From contig JAGGXZ010000003.1 in the NCBI GenBank assembly GCA_021162805.1, positions 8,372-72,371 of the forward strand: a DNA stretch of 64,000 nucleotides. Direction: 5' to 3'. A model generated the notes under the pieces. That model searched no databases. It saw only the letters and a list, made by a program, of their open reading frames with translations, and was not told the DNA's origin. The position numbers and the translations under genes were made by a program. Source of the DNA: Candidatus Poribacteria bacterium (GTDB taxonomy: Bacteria; Poribacteria; WGA-4E; B28-G17). Position 1 is the stretch's first letter; every line of letters starts with the position of its first letter. Positions 56,442 to 64,000 of the stretch are shown piece by piece.

Positions 56442-56527
56442 CCGTCATTTGCTGTCATTAGGTCATTTGGCTTCGCCGTCATTGAAAATGACCATAAATG
56501 ACGACAAATGTAAATGACCTATAATAA
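56442..56527 (+). repeat. REP-like dispersed repeat, copy C (most complete, imperfect palindrome)
   Basis: The left arm 'cgtcatttgctgtcattaggtcatttggcttcgccgtcatt' has 4 GTCATT modules. A 'gaa' centre follows, then the right arm 'aatgaccataaatgacgacaaatgtaaatgacc'. It lies between the thiE stop and the mscS-like start. Confidence 0.75.
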
Positions 56528-56542
56528 GAATCTCTGCTAAAC

Positions 56543-57184
56543 TCAGCGGTAATATGAGCGATGAGTTTTTATGATCTCAGTGAGAACTTTGGCCGCCCGA
56601 CGGACATCGAGGGCGGACACGACCGCTGAGATAACGGCGATGCTATCCGCCCCCGCCTCTATGACCTGTCTGACGTTAAGCGAGTTTATCCCACCTATCG
56701 CAACCACAGGCACATCCACGGCCTCCTTCACCCTACGGATCATATCCACGCCGGCGACCGGCCCCGCGTCCGGCTTTGTCGTGGTGGGAAATATCGGGCC
56801 GATGGCGACGTAGTCCGCACCCTCCTCGACGGCCCTGATCGCCTCCTCCTCGTTATCCACCGATGCGCCCACGATCCTCCTGCCCATCAGCCTGCGAGCG
56901 TGTCCTATCGGCATATCCTCAGCACCCAGATGTACCCCGTCTGCCTCGACGGCCAACGCCACGTCAACCCTATCGTTGACTATAAAGACCACTTCCGCCT
57001 CATGTGTGATCCGTCTCAATGTCTCGCCGATTTGAACGAGCTCTCTCGTCGAGGCGGATTTATCCCTGAGCTGCACGATCTCCGCCCCACCTGCTATCGC
57101 CTCGCGGATTACCTCCACATGGCTTCTGCCACGAGACAGGTTCGGATCGGTCAGTACGTAAAGCGATCTCAGAGGAAACCTCAT
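56543..57184 (-). CDS. thiE: thiamine-phosphate synthase
   Basis: 'LYVLTD', 'IVQLRDK', 'FIVNDRVDVALAVEADGVHLG', 'IGPIFPTTTK', 'VVAIGGI'. Confidence 0.9.
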   Translation of the reverse strand: MRFPLRSLYVLTDPNLSRGRSHVEVIREAIAGGAEIVQLRDKSASTRELVQIGETLRRITHEAEVVFIVNDRVDVALAVEADGVHLGAEDMPIGHARRLMGRRIVGASVDNEEEAIRAVEEGADYVAIGPIFPTTTKPDAGPVAGVDMIRRVKEAVDVPVVAIGGINSLNVRQVIEAGADSIAVISAVVSALDVRRAAKVLTEIIKTHRSYYR

Positions 57185-57187
57185 CGC

Positions 57188-59452
57188 TTAAGTGACCTCG
57201 ATCTCGGTGAAGACCGTCCTCGGCGAGACGACCTCCCGCCTTTCGCCGACGATTTGGAAGCTGCCTTTAAGCCTTATGTTCTCAGAGGAGCTCCCGACCA
57301 TCACCTCGAACGTCCCGGGCTCGACGACGAGCTTGACGGATTTATCGTAGAAGGCCAGTTGATCGGCTGAGAGCTTAAAGGTAACCTTTTTCTCCTCGCC
57401 GGGTTTCAGCGTCATCCTCTTAAAGCCCTTAAGCTCCTTGACCGGCCTCGTGACGCTCGCCACCACATCGCGGATGTAGAGCTGCACCACCTCATCCCCC
57501 TCACGATCTCCGGTGTTTTTAACCTTGAGACCTATAGTGACCTGCCCTGCCGGTCCGATCTTATCGGGGTTTATCTCCAGATTGCTGTATTCGAAGGTGG
57601 TGTAGCTCAGTCCATGCCCGAAGGGGAAGAGGGGTGTGCCCTTGGTGAAGACGTAATCCCTATGTGAGGCCGGCTTGCGGTTATAATTGATGGGGATCTG
57701 GCCGACCGTACGGGGCACGGAGATGGGCAATCTGCCCGCGGGGTTATAATCGCCGAACAGCACGTCTGCCACGGCGTTTCCTCCTTCCTCACCCGGCAGC
57801 CATGCCTCCAGGATCGCCCCGGCGTTCTCCGCGATCCATTCCTCGGAAAACGGCCTACCGTTTATGAAGACCACGACCACCGGTTTTCCCACACTGAGTA
57901 TAGCCTCGGCGAGCTCGCGCTGATATCCTGGCAGACCGAGATCGGCTCTGTCCCGGAATTCGCCACACGTATCGGTGCCCGAAAGACCGGATTTCCCGCC
58001 CAACACTAGGATCACGACATCGGAATTTTTGGCCGCCTCGATCGCTTCCGGGAATCCATCCTTCGTCCCACCGAAGACCTCGCATCCTTTGGCATATCGG
58101 ACGACGGTCCCCTCCGATACCTTGGCCTTGATCCCCTCCAGCACCGTTACTATCGGCACGGCCGACTCACCCAGGGAGAGATGGGCCGTATAGGTGTAAT
58201 CGCCGAGCATGTTTCTGGCGCTATCAGCGTTGGGCCCTATGACGGCTACCGAGCCGAGATCCTTCTTAAGTGGCAGAAGCCCATCATCGTTTTTAAGCAG
58301 GACGATGGATTTACGTGCGATCTCCAGAGCCAGCGATCGGTGCTCATCGCAGTCGAAGATAGCGGGGGCGTCATCCGGGCTGACGAAGGGGTTATCGAAA
58401 AGACCGAGCTCCATCTTAACCTTCAGCACCCTTCTGACGGCCTCATCTATCAGGGATTCGGATACAAGTCCCTCTTCAACGGCCTGAAGCAGAGGTTCGC
58501 CGTAGCAGTTTATCCCCGGAAGCTCCACGTCGATTCCCGCCTCCAGGGCCTGAAGGGCTGCCTCCTTTTTATCGGCGGCCGTATGATGTGCGGTACGGAG
58601 CATATCTATCGCGCCGTAGTCCGAGACGACGATCCCATCGAATCCCCATTCTCCTCTCAGTATGTCGGTCAGGAGCTCTCTGGACGCCGCACAAGGCACG
58701 CCGTCGAGGTCATGGTATGCGTTCATGACCGACTTAACCTTCGCCGCTCTGACGGCGGCCTCGAACGGGAAGAGGAAGATCTCCCTGAACTCTCGCATCC
58801 CCATATGCACGGGCGCCCAGTTCCTACCGCCCTCGGGAAAGCCATGGGCGGCGAAGTGTTTAACGGTCGCTATCACGCCCTGTCTGAGATCATCGCCCTG
58901 TAATCCCATCACATAGGCGACGCCCATACACGCTACCAGGTAGTGATCTTCGCCCAAGGTCTCCTCGACCCTGCCCCATCTCGGGTCCCTTAGCACATCC
59001 AGCACGGGTGAGAGACCCTGATGGGCGCCCACCGCACGCATCTCTCTGCGTATAGCCGATGTCATGCGCCGGATCAAATCGGGTTCCCATGTGCTTGCGA
59101 GCCCTATCGCCTGGGGATATGTCGTGGCCTTGTCGGCCATGAACCCGCTCAGACACTCCTCGTGAACTATGGCCGGTATCCCGAGTCTTGTCTCCTCCTT
59201 AAGGAACTTTTGAATATCGTTTGCCAATTCGGCAGCCTCTTTGGGCGATAGCTTTGACCATCCTGCCACACGCGTTATCTGACCTATGCCATCGGGTATG
59301 AGTCTGCGGGCCTTTTCGGGCGAAAATCTGCCTCCTTCCATGAGATCCCTCACCGAGATCGAGCCGAGTTGAGCTATCTTCTCCTTCAGGCTCATCTTCG
59401 ATATTATCTCCTCTACTCCCATATTCTCACCCCGATATGAGTTGATTATCAC
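57188..59452 (-). CDS. GH3 beta-glucosidase
   Basis: 'MSLKEKIAQL', 'GIPAIVHEE', 'GFDGIVVSDYGA' (nucleophile Asp context) and a fibronectin-like C-domain. The start is either the GTG at 59452 or the ATG at 59422. Confidence 0.9.
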   Translation of the reverse strand: MIINSYRGENMGVEEIISKMSLKEKIAQLGSISVRDLMEGGRFSPEKARRLIPDGIGQITRVAGWSKLSPKEAAELANDIQKFLKEETRLGIPAIVHEECLSGFMADKATTYPQAIGLASTWEPDLIRRMTSAIRREMRAVGAHQGLSPVLDVLRDPRWGRVEETLGEDHYLVACMGVAYVMGLQGDDLRQGVIATVKHFAAHGFPEGGRNWAPVHMGMREFREIFLFPFEAAVRAAKVKSVMNAYHDLDGVPCAASRELLTDILRGEWGFDGIVVSDYGAIDMLRTAHHTAADKKEAALQALEAGIDVELPGINCYGEPLLQAVEEGLVSESLIDEAVRRVLKVKMELGLFDNPFVSPDDAPAIFDCDEHRSLALEIARKSIVLLKNDDGLLPLKKDLGSVAVIGPNADSARNMLGDYTYTAHLSLGESAVPIVTVLEGIKAKVSEGTVVRYAKGCEVFGGTKDGFPEAIEAAKNSDVVILVLGGKSGLSGTDTCGEFRDRADLGLPGYQRELAEAILSVGKPVVVVFINGRPFSEEWIAENAGAILEAWLPGEEGGNAVADVLFGDYNPAGRLPISVPRTVGQIPINYNRKPASHRDYVFTKGTPLFPFGHGLSYTTFEYSNLEINPDKIGPAGQVTIGLKVKNTGDREGDEVVQLYIRDVVASVTRPVKELKGFKRMTLKPGEEKKVTFKLSADQLAFYDKSVKLVVEPGTFEVMVGSSSENIRLKGSFQIVGERREVVSPRTVFTEIEVT

Positions 59453-59637
59453 TCCTCCCTGAAGTTAACTAATACCACAATTGGGATTCTAAGTCAACGG
59501 GGGATGCGACGAGCCTCCGCAGAAAGCTGGGGAATTTCTGTCCGTCCCATGATGAAGTTGACAGAAGAATCGCGGATAAGTTACCATATGGTTTCAGAGG
59601 CGAGCGACCGATTCCGCCCTTTAAGGAGGTTAGAGGT

Positions 59638-60681
59638 ATGCCGGAGCTAAGAAGAGATCCGATAATCGATAGGTGGGTTATCATCTCCACCGAACGCGGA
59701 AAGAGGCCATCTGATTTCGGATCCGCCCAGCCCAAAAGGCGGGGGGGATTTTGCCCCTTCTGTTATGGGAACGAGGAGATCACACCGCCTGAGATCCTGG
59801 CTTACAGAAAGCCCGGAACGGAACCGAATACGCCGGGATGGCTGACAAGGGTCGTCAGCAATAAATTTCCCGCCCTGAGGATTGAAGGCGAGCTGGAGAA
59901 GGTGGGCGAAGGTATGTATGATAAGATGAGCGGGATCGGCGCTCATGAGGTGATAATCGAAACTCCAGAACACAACTCCACTATGGGAACCATGGATAAG
60001 ATCTTCGTCGTCAACACCCTTAAGGCCTATAAGGAGAGGATCATAGATCTCACGGGAGATAAAAGGCTTAAATACATGATGATATTCAAGAACTATGGAG
60101 AGGCGGCGGGAGCTTCACTGGAGCATCCCCATTCCCAACTCATTGCTACTCCGATCGTGCCCAAGCGCGTGGTCGAGGAGCTCAACGGATCGAAGAGATA
60201 TTACTCCTACAAGGAGAGGTGCGTCTTCTGCGATATGATCAGACAGGAGCTGAAGGATGAGATCAGATTGGTCGAGGTTTCGGATAACTTCATCTCCTTC
60301 GAGCCATATGCCTCCAGGTTTCCGTTTGAGACCTGGATACTCCCCCGTAAACATATGACCAAATACGAACATATCGACGATGAGCTGATAGAAGAGCTCG
60401 CTATTGTGCTCCAATCGACCATAAGGAAGCTGGAAATCACCCTGAATTATCCGCCGTATAATTACATACTTCATACGACTCCCTGTCGGGAGCCGGACGA
60501 TCTGGAATATTATCACTGGCATATCGAGATAATGCCCCGGCTGACGAAGATGGCCGGCTTTGAATGGGGAACGGGATTCTACATAAATCCGACACCGCCT
60601 GAGGAGGCGGCGGGATACCTGAGAGAGGCCTCTGAGGAGAAGGAGGGGCTTAAGGAGGCTGTGACGGCAGATGTCCATTGA
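59638..60681 (+). CDS. galT: galactose-1-phosphate uridylyltransferase
   Basis: 'LRRDPIIDRWVIIS', 'CPFCYGNE' and 'HPHSQL' (HxHxQ active site). An AAGGAGG RBS is present. Confidence 0.9.
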   Translation: MPELRRDPIIDRWVIISTERGKRPSDFGSAQPKRRGGFCPFCYGNEEITPPEILAYRKPGTEPNTPGWLTRVVSNKFPALRIEGELEKVGEGMYDKMSGIGAHEVIIETPEHNSTMGTMDKIFVVNTLKAYKERIIDLTGDKRLKYMMIFKNYGEAAGASLEHPHSQLIATPIVPKRVVEELNGSKRYYSYKERCVFCDMIRQELKDEIRLVEVSDNFISFEPYASRFPFETWILPRKHMTKYEHIDDELIEELAIVLQSTIRKLEITLNYPPYNYILHTTPCREPDDLEYYHWHIEIMPRLTKMAGFEWGTGFYINPTPPEEAAGYLREASEEKEGLKEAVTADVH

Positions 60682-61486
60682 ACGATCAAAAAACACCCTC
60701 TTCTCACTGACCATATCACTCGTCCTCCACCTTTTTCTGGCGGCCATAGGATATCTCGTGATATCGGGGAAAAACCAGGAGATCAGCGAGGATGCCATCT
60801 CCATCGAGATGGTAACTCGGGAGAGACAGAAAGCTCCCCGTCCGTTTATGCATAAAGAGCCCGTCTCTCCCGCACCTCCGTCCACAGTGGGCTTAGGGCA
60901 TAAGATGAGAATAGCCCGTCACGTTGATCTGCCGCGGACATATGCGGATATCGGATTATCAGCGAGGGAAACCGGGCTGATCCCCCCTGAGGAAGATCAA
61001 GGCAGACCGTTTGTAGGCGATATCCTTGTGATGGAGCCCGTGAATGGCGTCAGATTCGACCGCGCCATACGGTTTACAGCGCCTTCAAGCCGACCCGAAC
61101 CGGATCTGATTCCGGAGATCAAACCGGAGTCGCCGGGACTTCAATCCTTCCTCTCATCCTCCTCATCCCCTCAGATCCCGCTGGGCAGCATGGAGGATCT
61201 GATCCAGATCATCCGTCGCAAGCTCGAATCGGCCAAACGGTATCCTCCTGAAGCCCGTCGGGCCGGATATGAGGGCACGGCGGTGGTCTCGTTCACCATC
61301 AACTTCGATGGAACCCTCAGCGATGTGAGGGTTATAAGCTCATCCGGATATCCAGTTCTGGATCGGGCGGCGGTTATGACGATAAAGCGCGCCGCACCTT
61401 TTCCCCCTCTCAAATCATACACGATCGAACGAAGTCTTACCCTAGAGGTGCCGATAACCTTCAGATTAAAAGAGGATAGCCGATGA
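60671..61486 (+). CDS. TonB-family protein (N-terminal TM anchor, Pro-rich linker, TonB C-terminal domain)
   Basis: 'YPPEARRAGYEGTAVVSFTINFDGTLSDVRVISSSGYPVLDRAAVMTIKRA.PFPP'. It overlaps galT by 11 nt. Confidence 0.75.
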   Translation: MSIERSKNTLFSLTISLVLHLFLAAIGYLVISGKNQEISEDAISIEMVTRERQKAPRPFMHKEPVSPAPPSTVGLGHKMRIARHVDLPRTYADIGLSARETGLIPPEEDQGRPFVGDILVMEPVNGVRFDRAIRFTAPSSRPEPDLIPEIKPESPGLQSFLSSSSSPQIPLGSMEDLIQIIRRKLESAKRYPPEARRAGYEGTAVVSFTINFDGTLSDVRVISSSGYPVLDRAAVMTIKRAAPFPPLKSYTIERSLTLEVPITFRLKEDSR

Positions 61487-62652
61487 GACGATGGCTCTGT
61501 ATCATCATAATGATAGCTTTTCTCGTTGCATCCCTGGGATGTGGAGGAGATCAAAAAGGGAAAAAGGGGAAAGAGCTCAAGGAACCGGATATGTCCATAT
61601 TGACCAAGGAGGAACGAAACCTGGTCGCTTCGATCAGAAGGCTGAGGGTACAGGTTAAGGAGAGCATTCGGAAAGGGGCACAATGGCTCAGGGGCAAGTG
61701 CAACGATGACGGATCATATCCCGGCGGATTGGGCGTAACCTCCCTGGCGATGATGGCCCTGATGAAACAGCCTTCCTTCAAAGATGGTTTTATCCCGAGG
61801 TATATATCCGACAGCGCGGAGTATATAGCTCGAAATCTCAACCTTTCAGCGCCGATAAGGGGTAAAACGGGGTTATGGGGGGATGTCGCACAGAAAGCTA
61901 TGGCCATCCTCGCCCTCATCCGGTTGAACGATCCGAGATACAGCGATCTTGTGAGAGGAGGTCTGAAGTTTCTCATACAAGCTCAGATGGACGAAGGGGA
62001 GGGGATATCGCCGAATGACCCCAATTACGGCGGATTCGGCGATATCTACGCGACCATCTTCGCGCTTATGGCGATGAGAGAAGGGAAGATCGCCCCTGAT
62101 GATCCGGTCTGGAACAAAGCTGCCAAATTTCTGGAACGTTGTCAGTATTACGATGAGGTGAACGATCAGCCGTGGGCGAGCGTTAACAGCGGCGGTTTCA
62201 TCACCTCACCTTCAACCAGTCTCGCCGGCGTAGATGATAGGAACAGGCCGATTCCCTACGGCAGCGCCACGTATGCCGGATTGCTGGGATATCTCTACTG
62301 CGGTTTCAAACCGTATGATATGCCCGTCAGAGCCGCCTTCAAATGGGTGATGGACAACTTCAATTTCGACGTCAATCCCGGACTGGGGTATAAGGAGGTG
62401 GGGCCCTATTACTACTTCATGTCCAAAAGCCTGAAATCGCTGGGAAATTTCACTGTTCTCGACTCCCACGGCGTTCAGCACAGATGGTTTAACGAGCTTT
62501 TCTCGAAGCTGAAATCGCTTCAAAGTCAAGATGGCTTCTGGAGGTTTGAATCCCCTATCTCGGACACCGCTTTCGCCCTGCTCGCCCTGGAGGAGGGGTA
62601 TCCCAGAGGATACCCCATACCGGGGCTGGAGTTCAGGATAAAAGGTCGATGA
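61483..62652 (+). CDS. lipoprotein with prenyltransferase / squalene-oxidase-type alpha-alpha toroid repeats
   Basis: Lipobox 'LVASLGCGG' and repeated 'DGS(Y/F)...G....T..A..AL' units. It overlaps the TonB-family gene by 4 nt. Confidence 0.6.
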   Translation: MRRWLCIIIMIAFLVASLGCGGDQKGKKGKELKEPDMSILTKEERNLVASIRRLRVQVKESIRKGAQWLRGKCNDDGSYPGGLGVTSLAMMALMKQPSFKDGFIPRYISDSAEYIARNLNLSAPIRGKTGLWGDVAQKAMAILALIRLNDPRYSDLVRGGLKFLIQAQMDEGEGISPNDPNYGGFGDIYATIFALMAMREGKIAPDDPVWNKAAKFLERCQYYDEVNDQPWASVNSGGFITSPSTSLAGVDDRNRPIPYGSATYAGLLGYLYCGFKPYDMPVRAAFKWVMDNFNFDVNPGLGYKEVGPYYYFMSKSLKSLGNFTVLDSHGVQHRWFNELFSKLKSLQSQDGFWRFESPISDTAFALLALEEGYPRGYPIPGLEFRIKGR

Positions 62653-62685
62653 TGCCAAATCGGCATATGCTTTATCCACTTTTTA

Positions 62686-62698
62686 TGTCATAATGACA
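62686..62698. promoter_or_regulatory. 13-nt perfect palindrome TGTCAT-A-ATGACA overlapping a TGnCATAAT -10-like element
   Basis: Read directly from the sequence. It lies about 130 nt upstream of the response regulator / dnaK unit and shares the GTCAT half-site with the REP-like family. Confidence 0.3.
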
Positions 62699-62827
62699 GT
62701 AGCAGACGCAGGTCCCCTTTTTCGACCGCCATACATCGTATTTCATCTCTTCCCACTCACCTGGCATGCATATTGCTCCTCACTCCATCCGAACCGGCGT
62801 CTTGGCCATTGAGGAGAGGTGGTGACG

Positions 62828-63280
62828 ATGAAGGAGGGAAGAGCGGTGGTGCTGATCGTAGATGACGATATCAACTCGCTTGATGTGATCATGCAGAACC
62901 TTCAGAGGGCGGGATATGAGGCTGTGCCTGCTGTGGACGGCAGAACGGCCATGGAGATCGTCCGCCAAGGCGTCGTGGATTTAGCTGTGGTCGATTACAA
63001 TCTGCCCGACATGAACGGGCTACAGGTCCTCAAAGTCATCAAAGGGATCATGCCGGGCATACCCGTTATAATCATGAGCGCCTCGGAGATGAATCACAAT
63101 AATCTGCTCGACCTGTTGGAAGCGGGTGCCTACGCGTTCGTGCCTAAACCGATATGTGTGCCCGATTTCATAAGGACGATAGGGAGGGCGCTCTCGACAT
63201 CCGGGCGCTCAACGCCTCAATCCTCCCTTCGGAGCTCTATACTGGTCAGATGGACCAGTTGGATAATACGAAGGGGATGA
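62828..63280 (+). CDS. response-regulator receiver protein with a short atypical tail
   Basis: 'VVLIVDDDINSLDVI', 'DLAVVDYNLPDMNG', 'VIIMSAS', 'FVPKP'. The ATG at 62828 follows GAGGAGAGG; the track start is the GTG at 62819. Confidence 0.8.
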   Translation: MKEGRAVVLIVDDDINSLDVIMQNLQRAGYEAVPAVDGRTAMEIVRQGVVDLAVVDYNLPDMNGLQVLKVIKGIMPGIPVIIMSASEMNHNNLLDLLEAGAYAFVPKPICVPDFIRTIGRALSTSGRSTPQSSLRSSILVRWTSWIIRRG

Positions 63281-63314
63281 GGCGAGAAAGATTTCATAGA
63301 AAAAGGAGGAATGA

Positions 63315-64000
<686 letters not shown>

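Overview
This is a 64-kb, densely coding chromosomal segment of a bacterium. Hand-counted core-gene lines run about 58-67% G+C. Envelope genes (waaA, a TonB-family protein, TPR/BamD-like) indicate a Gram-negative-type organism. Glu/Arg/Lys/Ile-rich proteins and many glycan-degrading genes (GH78, GH3, GH57, heparinase II/III-like, ThuA, LamG, a sulfatase remnant) suggest a possibly thermophilic, saccharolytic lineage; that is inference only.

I support about 56 protein-coding genes and found no rRNA, tRNA or CRISPR array. Housekeeping content:
- the phoH / 7TM-HD / ybeY / CBS-hemolysin operon
- eda, ispH, thiD, thiE, plsY, galT, waaA
- pyrB, uvrB, ligA
- the 5' part of dnaK

Things that stand out:
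1. Three paralogous 'coiled-coil repeat + PD-(D/E)xK-like' genes. One is wedged between the two halves of a BcrAD/BadFG-activase / DUF2229 pair. One abuts uvrB, and uvrB's Shine-Dalgarno lies inside its last codons.
2. A dispersed REP-like repeat family built from GTCATTT / AAATGAC modules (three copies), together with a 47-codon remnant of a RAYT / IS200-like Y1 transposase.
3. A PyrB whose C-terminus carries only the Zn-ribbon domain of PyrI.
4. A low-GC orphan SPPY (N4-cytosine-type) methyltransferase and a low-GC RelE-type toxin-antitoxin pair.
5. A membrane-anchored coiled-coil gene containing near-perfect 87-bp in-frame tandem repeats.
6. Gene-decay scars: a TIM-barrel remnant, a sulfatase remnant, and a frameshifted orphan hydrogenase-maturation protease.
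7. A waaA / Ycf46-like AAA+ / UPF0182 cluster.

All family assignments rest on motif recognition by eye. No database search was possible.
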